Assembly (NCBI GenBank): GCA_973895155.1
Contig: OZ316897.1
Span: 13,267,375-13,331,374 of the forward strand
DNA length: 64,000 nucleotides
From: Marsupella aquatica
Taxonomy: Eukaryota; Plantae; Marchantiophyta
Reading direction: 5' to 3'
Position numbers and translations under genes: made by a program. Numbering within the stretch: the stretch's first letter is position 1; each line of letters opens with the position of its first letter. The notes beneath the pieces are model-generated. The model was not told the DNA's origin, made no database searches, and saw only the letters and a program-made list of their open reading frames with translations. Positions 12,430 through 25,533 of the stretch are shown here, in pieces.

Positions 12430-15400
12430 CAAGTGAGCCTTCCCATGACTATATGACCTCCAATATGCCAACATTAATGGCTTCCAATATGACAGCGTGA
12501 GTGACCCCACGTTTAGTCCTCAGATTGAAGCACCATTTAATTCACAAATGATCCAATGAACTCCCTTGTACCTCCAAAGAGAACCCCCCAATAGCCTTTG
12601 TAAAGACCACATTTCCAGTCATTTGGTACTTCTGACCTCTAGTATGACAACCAAGATTACCCTAATTTGAGGTGTTTTCATTAATGACACACCATGAGGG
12701 ACCTCTCTAATGACCACATATGCAGTCAATTGCTCCAAATGACCTCCAACTGACTACCAAAATGACCCTTATTGTAGTCATTGACATTAATGACACACAT
12801 TATGTGAAAATGACCCAATGAAGAGTATACTACCTCTCGGAGTGCCCCTTTACAATTCCTTTGGAATTTAATAGAATATATCCAAAATCCAAATATCGGC
12901 ACAAACATGACATAGTTATATAGAAGGACATAGTCTTCCACTAGTATTGCACTATATACCTCTTGGAGAGACAAAAACAATTTTTGTATGCATGCCTTAG
13001 GATGGTATGCATGCATGGTGACACTTTTGGCAAATCACTCCAAAGTTGTATGACTTGGGAGTGATTTCCCCAAGGTTGCATCATCCCTTAAGTAATTGCA
13101 AAAACATGGCTCCAAAGTGCTCATGGTGCAACTAGTGGTTGGAGAATAGTGGGTATAGTACCCCGCACCTTGTGGAGAGGTTGCCACCTTCATGTAGAGC
13201 CCCATGGCACACTAGGGCCACCTTAAGCTCCTAGACCCAAAAGGGTCATTTCTGATGGTCCGTAATGACACCATGAGGGACCTCTATAATGACCCCATAT
13301 GGAGTCATTTGGCACAAATGACTTCCAAAAGGACTGCCAAAATGACCCTTACTGCAGTCTTTGGCATTAATGACACACTATTCCTCCAAAATGACCCAAT
13401 GAAGATTACAACACCTACTCACAATGCCCCGACACTATTCATATGCAAAATGGAGTATTCCCCATCCAAACACCGGCACAAACATGACACAATTACATCA
13501 CAAGATGACAACCTTCCATTGGTGTTGCGCTACTTCTTGGAGAGACAAAAAATGGCTCCATTTGCGCTTGGATATGGTGGTATGCATCCATGGTGACACT
13601 TTTGGCAAATCACTCCAAAGTTGTATGACTTGGGAGTGATTTCCCCAAGGTGCATCATGCCTTAAGTAAATGCAAAAACATGTGTCCAAAGTGTTCATGG
13701 CACAACTAGTGGTTGGACGATGATGAGTATAGTGTCCCGCACCTAGTGGAGGGGGTTCTCACCTCTATGTGGGGCCCCATGGCACTCTAGGGCCCACCTC
13801 CAGCCCCCAGCCCCAAACTGGTCATTTGTGCTTCTGCTTAATGATTGCACAAGGGACCCCTCAAATGACCACAAATCCAGTCATTTGACTTATGTGACAG
13901 CCCATATGACAGATTTAATGACCCTACTTGTAGTCATTGGTATTTATGACACCAATTTTTTCAGAAATGACTCAATGAAGATTACACTACCTTCTTGAGT
14001 GCCCCATCACTATTCATTTAATAGAATATTCCCCATCCAAACACTGGCACAAACATGACACAATTACATGGAAGGACAACAGCCTTGCACTACTTCTTGC
14101 AGAGACAAAAAATGGCTTCATTTCCTTTAGATAGGATGGTATGCATCAATGGTGACACTTTTGGCAAATCACTCCAAAGTCGTACGACTTGGGAGTGATT
14201 TCCCCAAGATTATATCATCCCTTAAGTAAACACAAAAACATGGCTCCAAACTGCTAATGGTGCAACTAGTGGTTGGAGAATAGTAATTATAGTATTTGAC
14301 ACCTAGTGAAGGGGTTGCGAGCTCTATGTGGTGCCACATGGCACTCTAGGGCCCACCTCCAGCCCTTAGCTCCAAATTGGTCATTCATGCTTGTCTTCAA
14401 TGACTGCACTAGAGACCCCTCAAATGACAACAAGTCCAGTCATTTGAATTATATGACATCCCATATGACCAATTCAATGACCCTACTTGTGGTCATTGGC
14501 ACTTATGACATGACTTTGTTAAAAAATGACCCAAAGAAGGTCCTAGTACCGCCAGAGAGAGCCCGCTCTACATTCCTTGCAAAAATGGAATAATCGTATA
14601 CCTTTAAACATCAGACACATCATAGAGGGAAGCACCACTGCCACACCCATTCCATTGGTGTTGCGCTACCTCTTGGAGAGACAAAAAAGGGCTTCATTTG
14701 CGTTTGGAACAGTGGTATGCATCCATGGTGACACTTTTGGCAAATCACTCCAAAGTCATACGACTTGGGAGTGATTTCCCCAAAGGTGCATCATGCCTTA
14801 AGTAAACGCAAAAACATGTGTCCAAGGTGTTTATGTCGCAACTAGTGGTTGGACAATGATGAGTATAGTGTCCCGCACGTAGTGGAGGGGTTCTCACCTC
14901 TATGTGGGGCCACATGGCACTCTAGGGCCCACCTCCAGCCCCTAGCCCCAAACTGGTCATTTGTGCTTTTCCTTAATGACTGCATAAGGGACCCCTCAAA
15001 TGACCACAAATCCAGTCATTAGACTGATATGACTCTCCATATGACAGTTTTAATGACCTTGCTTTTCGTCATTGATATTTATGACGGTCCATTGCTCACA
15101 TATGACCCAATAAAGGCCCTAGTACCTCCAAAGAGAGCCCGCTTTAGATTCCTTGCAAGGTTGGAATATTCCTCTTCCCTAAACCCACACCCACACCATA
15201 CAGGGAAGCACGACTCCCCTGCCCATTCCATTGGTGCAACACCACCTCTTGGAGAACCCAAAAACAACTTTTATTTGCCTTTGTATGTGATGGTGTGCAT
15301 GCATGGCAACACTTTTGGAAAATCACTCCAAAGTCGTACGACTTGGGAGTGATTTCCCCAAGGTGCATCATGCCTTAAGGAAACACAAAAACATGTGTCC

Positions 15401-16660
15401 AAAATGTTTATGTCGCAACTAGTGGTTGGACAATGATGAGTATAGTGTCCCGCACCTCGTGGAGGGTTCTCACCTCTATGTGGGGCCCCATGGCACTCTA
15501 GGGCGCACCTCCAGCCCCTAGCCCCAAAATGGTCATTTGTGCTTTTCCTTAATGACTGCATGAAGGACCCCTCAAATGACAATAATTCAGGTCATTCCAC
15601 TTATATGACATCCAATGTGACCATTTTAATGACCTTTCTTGTAGTAATTGGCATTTATGACGGGCCATTGCTCACATATGACCCAATAAAGGCCCTAGTA
15701 CCTCCAAAGAGAGCCAGCTTTAGATTCCTTGCAAGGTTGGAATATTCCCAAACCCTAATCCCGCAGCCACACCATGCTAAGAAGCACGACTCCCCTGCCC
15801 ATTCCATTCGTGCAGCACTACCTCTTGGAGAACCAAAAAACAGGTTTTATTTGCCTTTGGATGTGATGGTATACATCCATGGTTGCACTTTTGGCAAATC
15901 ACTCCAAAGTCGTACGACTTGGGAGTGATTTCCCCAAAGGTGCATCATGCCTTAAGGAAACACAAAAACATGTGCCCAAAGTGTTTATGTCGCAACTAGT
16001 GGTTGGACAATGATGAGTATAGTGTCCCGCACCTAGTGGAGGGGTTCTCACCTCTATGTGGGGCCCATGGCACTCTAGGGCCCACCTCAAGCCCCTAGCC
16101 CCAAAATGGTCATTTGTGCTTTTCCTTAATGACTACATAAGGGACCCCTCAAATGACCACAAATCCAGTCATTAGACTGATATGACTCTCCATATGACAA
16201 TTTTAATGACCCTACTTTTAGTCATTGGCATTTATGACGGGCCATTGCTCACATATGACCCAATAAAGGCCCTAGTACCTCCAAAGAGAGCTAGCTTTAG
16301 ATTCCTTGCAAGGTTGGAATATTCCTCTTCCCTAAACCTGCACCCACACCATACTGAGAAGCATTACTCCCCTGCCCATTCCATTGGGGCAGCACTACCT
16401 CTTGGAGAACCAAAAAACAACTTTTATTTGCCTTTGGATGTGATGGTATGCATGCATTTATTTGCAAATTAAAATATTCCCCGTCCAAACACCGGCACAA
16501 ACATGACACAATTACAACAAAGCATGACAACCTTCCATTGGTATTGCCCTACTTCTTGGAGAGACAAAAAGGTTTCATTTGCCCCATGGATACGATAGTA
16601 TGCGCGCATCCATATATGATGACACTTCTGGAAAATCACTCCAAAGGTGTATGACTCTAC
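12430..16660. repeat. Tandem array of ~576-bp units (~7 copies), each with a ~46-bp palindrome
   Basis: Marker AAATCACTCCAAAG at ~13032, 13607, 14166, 14742, 15320, 15896 and 16633. Spacings are 575, 559, 576, 578, 576 and 737. Confidence 0.92.
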
Positions 16661-16724
16661 AATTATGATAGGTGTCTGGAATGACTATTGAGTATTTTAA
16701 TCTTCATATCTCTTGGGTTCTTTA

Positions 16725-17245
16725 ATGACTCTATAAGTAGTCATTTATGTAATAAGTCCATAATGACTGTATGTTATTGTAAACATTGATATATCCTGAT
16801 TTTTAGATTGCCCTATATTTAGTCATTTATGCGACAAGTCCATAATGACAGTATGTTGTTGAAAACACCGATATATCCTAATTTCAAGATTGACTGTGGA
16901 GTTAGTTATTTATGAGAGAAGTCCATAATGACGGTATGTTCTTGTAAACACTGATATGTCCTAATTTCAAGATTGACCCTAGAGTTAGTCATTTATGGCA
17001 GAAGTCCATAATGACAATATGTTGTGTAAACACTGATATATTCTCATTTTCAGATTGACCCTAAATTTTGTCATTTATGAGAGAAGTCCATAATGACAGT
17101 ATGTTCTTGTAAACACTAATATGTCCTAATTTCAAGATTGACCCTAGAGTTAGTCATTTATGGCAGAAGTCCATAATGACAATATGTTGTTGTAAACACT
17201 GATATATTCTCATTTTTAGATTGACCCTAAATTTTGTCATTTAAC
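16725..17245. repeat. Subterminal tandem array of 82-83-bp units (6 copies)
   Basis: AGTCCATAATGAC at 16755, 16837, 16920, 17003, 17085 and 17168. Confidence 0.92.
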
Positions 17246-20103
17246 ACCGTTGGTTAAAATGACGATAATACATTTTTTGTCATTTATCACCGTTGTCCAA
17301 AATGATGCAAATAGATTTTTGGTCATTTCAGTCATTGTCCAGAGTGACTATAATGTTGCTAAACACTGATTTATCATTGTTGTTATTAATTGTGTCATTT
17401 AAGACATGTGTCTAAATTGACCATTTAGGGAAATTGGGTCATTTTGGTCGCATCAGTCATTATAGACATTATACAAAATGACGAAAAAATTAACATTTTG
17501 TCATTTCAGTCTATTGGTCATTGTGGACAGTCATTCCCCCGTCATTCTTTTTGTGTCATTAAAACTTTTGGTCATTTATTCATCTCTGTCATTGGGTGAT
17601 TGGTCATAAAGGGCCCTGTTTTCTTCTAGTGGATGACCATAGCATGTTGCTCCGGATCTTAGCCCATGCTTTCCAGATTCCCGCCGTGTAAGACATTCCC
17701 CTAAAGCTAGATGTGCAAAGAAGAAGTCCGTAGGATATTACAATTAACCAAGACTATGGAAAAAATGCCAAAATGCATTTACAAATATTGCGTAGGTGAC
17801 TAGATCACATATCCCTACCACAAACGCTCCAGCACATCTACAAGAATCCACACAACTGGCAACGGACCAACCACCAAGGGCAAAACATGGACGTCCATTA
17901 GGATCTAAAGACACCCAACCAAGACAAAGAAAAACAACCACAATAATATCACCTGCAATACCAAAAGTGATACCCACACCAAACCCTGTGAAAATCCTAG
18001 AAAATGAAGAAATCTCAATTCACTATATATGAACACTCGGACCATCTGGAATAGAAATAATATTCCTATGGACAACAACTTTGCCTGCCATATTTCCCAA
18101 AATATCACGGACACACAACGTGACCCTAAAACAATCCGCGAGGCACAGACAAGCCCAGATTGGTCAGAATGGGAAAAGGCAATTAACTCGGAATTGGATT
18201 CCTTGATTAATCGCCAAGTGTTTGGACCTATCGTCCCAGCACCACAAGACACCCACTTAACGGACTATAAGTGGATATTCGTTAAAAAGAGAAATGCACA
18301 AGGCCAAGTTGCAAAATACAAAGCATGCCTTGTCGCGAAAGGATACACACAAATACCTGGACAAGACTTTGACTTGACATACGCACCAGTGATGGATGCA
18401 ATAACCTATCGATACCTAGTTGGATTCTCCCTAGGTCATCGACTACAAATGCATCAGATGGATGTCATAACAACATACTTATATGGACTACTGGATACTA
18501 CCATATACATGAAAGCACCCCCATAACTAATAAAGAGACAGACATATCACATTCAGGGGGAACGTAAGACACAACAAAACCCATCCACATCCACATCTCT
18601 ACCTTATACCACGAAAAAACCCCAAGAAGGGGAAACAGGACACGGTGGGCCTATAACCCACCAAACACCATGGAGTGGACCTATTGTCCCTCCAACACAC
18701 AAATCCATGCCTCTGACCAAGGATGGATATGTTGTCCAATAATGAGATCTTTATATGGACTATTTAAGCAAAGCGAAAGAATGTGGTGTCAAAGATTTAG
18801 AGATGAAATGTTGAATATGGGTTTTACCAATGAGGACATATCTCCTTGTTTATTCATTAAAAAACATGATGAAGAATATTTGATAATTGCTATTTATGTA
18901 GATGACATAAACCTATTTGGACACTTAAACCTATTACAAAACACCAAATGTTAAGATACTAAACCGCGTATTTGAGATGAAAGACTTAGGCCACACCCAC
19001 TATTGTTTGGGCCTACAATTCGAACACCTACCTGATGGTATACTTTTGTATCAAAGCACCTATACCACCAAAATCCTTAAATAATTCAACATGGACAAGG
19101 CGCATCCCCTAACTTCTCATATGGAAGTACGATCTCTAGACAAAGACAAGGATGCATTCAGGAAGAGAAACAAAAATGAACCACTAGTCGGTCCTCAAAA
19201 ACCATACTTATCAGCGATAGGAGCACTCATGTTTCTAGCCAACCAGACATGACCAGACATTTCGTTTGCAGTAAACGTGCTAGCCAGACACAGTGCACAA
19301 CCTAGTACTTTACGCCACTGGAATGATATAAAAAGAATAATGCATTACCTACAAGGAACTATTGATATGGGACTATGTTTCCCTAATAACACTAATAAGA
19401 CCTTAACAGGCCATGCGGACGCTGGATATTTATCAGACCCAAACGACTTTAAATCACAGACTGGCTACGTATTTTTATATGGTGATACAGCCATTTCCTG
19501 GAAAAACACTAATTAAACAAACACTAAGATGCACTTCATCTAACCACGCTGAGATTATTGCATTATATGAAGCAAGTAGAGAGTGTATTTGGCTAAGAAG
19601 AGTTACAACCGACCACATTAATACAAATTGCGGCTTACCAACACTAACCGAGCCTACTACAATTCGAAGACAATCAAACATGTGTTGAATAGGTCTCGAA
19701 AGGATTCATCAAAGGAGACCGAATCAAGCATATCGCACCAGAATTCTTCTTCACCCACGAACAACAAGGAGACACTATCCAAGTGAAGACGATTGCGAAC
19801 AAAGACAACCATGCTTATTCACAAAAGCCTTGACCAGCACTACATGCTATTCATTGTCAAGGCATAGGCTTACGCAGACTATCAAAACTAAGAGATTAAA
19901 AATTAATACTTAACTCTAGATAGTCATAAAGTATTGTACTCTTATTTGTAAGGTGGTTGTACTCTTTCCCTTGGAGTAGTATGAGAGGGTTTTAAAGAGG
20001 CAACACCTACATAAGACCAAAGCACAAAACATAAAACTTTTGTTGGAGAACTTAATTAGTATAGAGTTGCTTGCATTACTCCCATAATACAATCAAGGTA
20101 GAG

Positions 20104-20508
20104 TGTTATAATACCTTAGTTAAGTTACCAAGGCTACACCTAACCCTAGTTAGGAACCTTGTAACCCTTCATAGAATCTATTTATTCACTCTATTCATTA
20201 AAAGTGTATTTTATTTTGTTCACTTTTTGGTCTCCAAATGTACATTTTTTAACCCAAAAGGTACAATATAGTACACTGCTCTACACCTAAATGATCAATT
20301 GTAAACTTGAGGATGCAAAAATGATCTTTACTATAAGGAGTCTCATCCTAGTTCATTACAAAGGATGAACATGGTGGTACATTTGATGGCAATCATCTTT
20401 ATTTCTTGTCTAATTGTACACTTTTTGAAAGCCAAATGTACACTTTTTGTTACCCAAATGTTCATAAATTGAATAATAATTCATTCTTAATGAATAGATT
20501 GAATAACA
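20104..20508 (+). repeat. Putative 3' LTR (TGTTA...TAACA), ~84 bp once the MITE is removed
   Basis: Starts TGTTATAA directly after the PPT-like tract. Removing 20185-20505 restores the terminal ...TTTAACA at 20508. Confidence 0.6.
20185..20503. mobile_element. Stowaway/Tc1-mariner-like MITE, ~319 bp
   Basis: TIRs TTCACTCTATTCATTAA / TTAATGAATAGATTGAA match at 16/17. TA flanks both sides (20183-84, 20504-05). The interior is AT-rich and non-coding. Confidence 0.7.
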
Positions 20509-22844
20509 TCACCCGAGGGAGAAGGGGATCAAACACTGCTTGAATTCTATTTTAAAAAAACCATTTGTTGTCCTGGTCATCATAATGATTTGTTCATCTA
20601 TGTAGACCCAGGATTTTGAAGGACTCTTGGGTGAGCATAATGGGTTACATCTGTTTGCAAACCAGCCAGGACACTCTGAATTGTTTTAGCTACAAATTTT
20701 CTGGATAAATGAAGAAGGGACATGCATATTGTGGAGATTGCAGAGCCAAGAGAAAGGGGAGAATGGGGGTGGGCACGATACCTACCGATGAATGTAGTAT
20801 TCATCTGACCACTTGACAGTTTAAAACTGATAGTGGGTATATATATCACACTACCAAAAAAATGGGATCGCTAAATTGGGAGACAGGATCCCCAAGGCAA
20901 AAGAAGGCAATAAAGGGAAGGAAGGGAAAGACCCAAGAAGACCCCAAAGGCCCAACAAATCAAGGAGTATCCCACAGAAACAATAAAAACTAAGAAGCAA
21001 ACAACAAATTAGAAACCCTATTGGGTGGTAAGCTGGAAAGTCTGGTAGAGCTCTATCAGAGTAAACAGCATAGGAAGGTACGTAGTCATGAAGGGGAATC
21101 TATATAGAGGCCCTAAAAAAGACTGTCTTGGCCCTACAAAACAATAGTGAAAGCCTGGGCCCTATGAAGTGCCACCGACACCCTCAGGCTCAAAAAGGCA
21201 GTGAGTACAAAAGCAAGGGGAAAAGGCCTTTGTTCAATACAAATCATCTACAAGCCCAAAGCAAGTGGTCAAAACAAGGGTGAACAGCACCAAAAACTCA
21301 TAGTGGGTCCATGTAAAAGTGAAAGTATCTTGATAAAACATTAGTTTTTATAAATTTAAACAATTTTCCCTCTAAAGTGTTTCTATCCATTCTGGTGCAT
21401 TGGTTTTGCCCACTTGGGACCTCCTTTGTTTATTCTTTTGTATTCTGTTTGGCCCTTTTATGTAAAAAGTTTGTGTATATTTTCATTGGGTTCTGTGTGC
21501 TTTCTTTATTTCATGTGTTGTCACACTTTGAAACTTTCCATCTTAGCTTGCATCAGAGCTACTACTTGGAATCTGTGAGGACGTCTTTTTTCTCTTCCTT
21601 CTTGAACATACTCAATGCAATAATATTAATGTACTGGAAGGCCTTCCAGCTATGAACAGGTTCATTTGTCTTGTTTTTGGTGCATGTAATTGTGAAATAG
21701 GGGAGTCTACATATTTACAGGACCCTATGGTTTGGTGACATGATTATTTTCAAGTGGAAGGGGTACTTTGTTTCGTTTCACAAGATGGATCTGGAAATCA
21801 AAGATACTACCTCGCTGAGTGGTGAAGAGGTTTTCAGTCAAGAGGGAAATTCTCAGAGGGTGCATTTCCAAGGGTGGGCAATTTAGCTTTTCAACTGTTC
21901 TACTACACTGGCGGCAGAATTCGTTAGAGAAAACATGTTCTACTGGTCATAGTTGAAAAGCAATTATTAAAACCACTAACACAGAGGTTCTTCTCATCAA
22001 TATAATTAAATAGAAACAAATTGCAGTGCCCACAGTAGTGACTTACAAAATAAGTATTCTTTAATCATATCTTCAAGTCAGCCTACATGGAGTACAACCC
22101 AAGGAAGGAAACCATCCACAATTCTTGAAACTGACATAAATCCGGGACTACTACTTCAATCCTAAAGTTCTCATTCAACTGATTAAACTACCTCCAAAAA
22201 TTCTGAAATTGGCAACTGAAACAAAATGTTGCCAAAAATTGCTACCAGGACTGCTATGTCTCACTGTGCAGTCTATAAATTCCAAAAGCTTCCTTGCACT
22301 TGTGTTTGAACTCCTCCTCTCTGATCAGATCTAGATGTGTCCTTTGGCTTCTCCAAGCGTGCAACTTTAGCCATGATGGTCCTGGCCTGCTACTCAACTG
22401 ATCTGGAATCAACTACAGGCTGTGGATCCCACTTCATGCTCTTGAATCCAAGTAAGATATCAGCTGCAATAATTTTGCCAGCATGTTTGAGACTGTTTTT
22501 CTTGGTAAGAGGGTTGGGCAGAACCGGATAGATGGATTGATGCAAGCTGTTGCTGCAGGGGTTCAAGGTCAAGCAACAGATCTTGATGCCTCTGGATTGG
22601 TGACCTGACTAGAATTGGTACAATGCATGTGATTGGCATCCCTCCCTGAGTTTTGGAATGCTCCTAGCCTCCATGATGGCATTTCCATCACCTTCTCATT
22701 TCATGAGTGTCCGGTCTTGCAACATAGATCCTGCATCTCCCTCAAGATTTTTCACCCCGGAGTTCATGACTTTTAATGCCGTCTCTCATGTGCTCTTTGA
22801 GGGTCTCCTCTTTGATAGTGAATTATGGAACTCCTTGTAAATCC

Positions 22845-22941
22845 ACTCAGTCTTCGAAGAAAAACCAGATTACTCAGTCGTCGAAGAAAGACCAGATTAC
22901 TCGGTCTTCGAAGAACGACCAGATTACTCAGTCTTCGAAGA
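22845..22941. repeat. 27-bp tandem repeat, ~3.6 copies
   Basis: ACTCAGTCTTCGAAGAA(A/C)(A/G)ACCAGATT repeated. Confidence 0.85.
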
Positions 22942-25533
22942 AATATTTATCTTGCAAGGAAAAGGAGACAGTGACAATTGATCAAATGGGCCCGCTCCCG
23001 GCCGGGACAAAATTGTGCACCTTGGTTCGATTTATCTCTAGTATGGACGTGACGTAGAGGATCACCTCATGTTAACGGCAGGTGTTGTAAGTGTTTAGTG
23101 TAAGTCAGCTCACCCAGACTCGACCAACTTAGACAGGTGTTTGTGCTTGAATGTTCCGCCCAGGTGTACTCGACAAAATGTTCGCCAGGAGTGAATGATT
23201 GATCCCAAACTTACACTACCACGAAGGGATTCAAGCCAGGCTGAAAGGAAGAAGTTGTTTCCCGCGCGTCCTGCAGTGCCGGAAATAGCACTGCATGTAT
23301 GAGAGATTCGTAACGCCCAAGGCCATACGAAACAAACGGTTCTAGAAAAAACAATTCTTACAATAAGTAGTACGTAACAACCTCTCAGCTTTGCATTGCA
23401 ACCCTATGAATAAAGCACTTCCCCTTCATATTTTCAATAGTTTGGACTTGGTGTTTTGGCTGTCTGCGAAGATTTCCCTTCCTTTCTTCTGCAGATTGGT
23501 CATGTTCCACGACCCGTATCTGTCTAATTCATTATTCTAAAATGTGTTCATTATTTTAAAATGTGTTGCTCATAGTGGTGCAAGTGAACTACAGTCGCTC
23601 ATGTAGTTTTTTAGCAAGTGACTTGTTTAGGCTACGTTAAATGATCGTGATCTAGTCCCTGAGGATCGATCACAAACTAACACCTCGTAGGACAGAAGGA
23701 CAAGAAGAAACTTTCAAATACTATACAGTCAAATTTGCAGTACCTCCAACCAGATAGTTACTGCTACTAGCTACTGTTTATAAACGAATGATTGCGAAAT
23801 TTTTCCTTAACAAGACGTTCGAAAGTCCCCGGTCCCGTATTCATTCGAGAAGATTGGTTGCCATGATTTAGTGGCTAAGACTCGAAAAGGTGATTCTAAG
23901 TGATAATTTGCCAGAAAATTGAAGTTTCCAGAAAATTGAAGTTCAAACAAATATATACACATGCAGGACTTTAAATTTCAAACAATGTTTCTAGAGATTT
24001 ACGAATTGAACCACTCTGCGGCCTAAAATGGCCAGTCTGAAGCATTCATGAAGAACGACATGAGCTAAGAACAGGTGAAGAATAGACCGGTCACTTGGGT
24101 CGATGTCAATAAAAGGTCCCGAAGAAGCTCCGATTGAGGGCGAGTGTAGTAGTTGAAAGACAGGTACATGACTGATCTCCGGAACTTGAGGGACTTCCAG
24201 AGTTTGAGATCAATCGAGGGCTTAAATTTTCTGAGATAGACAGCTTCCATTTCAGTTTCGTATTGCAAACGGTACTAGGGTGACTTGGTTTTCGTGGTCA
24301 TGTCATTACCCACGTCTCTCGGGGCGAGCAAATTGACTGGTCAGAGGTCCATTCAATTGAACATGTCCTGCTTTCGATTTCATGAAACATCTGTATAATT
24401 AACGAAGCGTCACCTGTGTGGGGTCTGTTAGTAGTATGTGCGCACGTGGTACCTCGGGAGGTCCGAGTCGCTGTCGAGCCATAGTAGCAAACATTCACAG
24501 TTATCGCTCGCCGAAGTTCAGTTGTCACCTGGGACTGCATGTGTGATTCAATTCCCACGAGTATGATCATGTACAACTGATGGATGGAACTTACTTAGAC
24601 AATCCTTTTAAAGGAGGGTCATTTTCGTAATTGTCCAGTGATTGAGTTGGCTTCCAGGGTCGACATTGCCCAGCGTGCGCGCAGATGGACGACTGACACT
24701 GCAACCCACCTGGAGCTGGCTGTATGAGTGTATGAGAGGAAGCCCAAAAGCTGGCCAACTTCGTTTTTCACCAGCTTACGTTGAAAGACTTGCAGTAGAT
24801 TCCCGTCACTCCACAGATTGTCTGCACATGAGATAGCTAGCTCGAATTCTTTCCGTGAATAAGAGGAAGACTTGTTCATTTACAAGTTTGTTACGTTGCA
24901 CAGGAGGGGTCGAGCTGCAGCCAAGCCAGCACGGAGCAGAAGCCCCTCGAAAATCATCATCCAGACTCTAAGCTCCCTGCATTCCATTCCTGTCGATCCA
25001 CCCGAGAACTTGATTCAAGTCCAGCAGTCTAGCTAGCTGAGTGGAGAGCCTGCAAAATGTTATTGGCCTCGTATGCGGGGTGGAGATTGCACCTGAGTTT
25101 GCCACCAGGACGAGTTAGATACTTAGTCCTATACCGAGGAAAATGGTCGACATGACTTAAAACGTCTCTACGCGCGACTGATTTACGTACTGGTGAGCAT
25201 CTTGACAAGCGATAAATTCAAGTTGTCGGTCACCTTTCCTTTTTCTCGTAATCCGTTGGGTGCAAGGTCTGTGTAGAACATGACCAATTGGTTGCGACGA
25301 TATCTTGGAATTTGTAACGACTAGAACAAGCTTGTGATTTGTAAACACTAGAACAACGTTGTGACCCAGCTAGCTTCCTTTCTGGCTTTCGATAGGAATG
25401 CATCGCAATCCCGTCAACACGTACAACGTATCATGAGGCTTTGGAAGCCGTCCAGCTTACCAGAAGCTTAGGACCGTATTCGGAATGATGATATTAAGTT
25501 CTCGTTGAGCAGGAGCTGCAGGAAGAAACAACT

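Larger units (their letters stand above)
1..17631 (-). mobile_element. CACTA (En/Spm) DNA transposon, >17.6 kb; the other terminus lies left of the window
   Basis: Terminus ...TTTTCTTCTAGTG ends at 17631 (minus strand CACTAGAAGAAAACAGGG). ATGAC/GTCAT-rich subterminal repeats and TnpD plus TnpA-like genes lie on the minus strand. Copia sequence resumes right after 17631. Predicted 3-bp TSD is GAT (17632-17634). Confidence 0.9.
17632..20508 (+). mobile_element. Decayed Ty1/copia LTR retrotransposon (3' part: RT, RNase H, PPT, 3' LTR), probably Bianca-like
   Basis: Motifs YKWIFVKKRN..YKACLVAKGYTQ..TYAPV..MHQMDV, SLYGL, IYVDD, GHADAGYLSDP..SQTGYVF, SSNHAEIIALYEASRECIWLR and RIKHIAP, broken by stops and frameshifts. 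A purine tract CAAGGTAGAG is followed by TGTT at 20104. The lineage call is tentative. Confidence 0.9.

Noticed and set aside
13255-16654. Short ORFs within the 576-bp array
   Set aside because: Frames open and close inconsistently between units and show no domain motifs; they are repeat by-products.
12430-17245. Palindromic repeats at regular spacing as a CRISPR-like array
   Set aside because: The sequences between palindromes are homologous to each other (tandem units, not unique spacers), the context is eukaryotic, and there are no cas genes.
20849-20870. CACTACCAAAAAAATGG as a second CACTA terminus
   Set aside because: I found no matching opposite TIR, TSD or subterminal repeats in the window.
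24000-25100. Possible decayed gene upstream of the RLK
   Set aside because: Only short ORFs with no recognisable motif; it cannot be assigned by eye.
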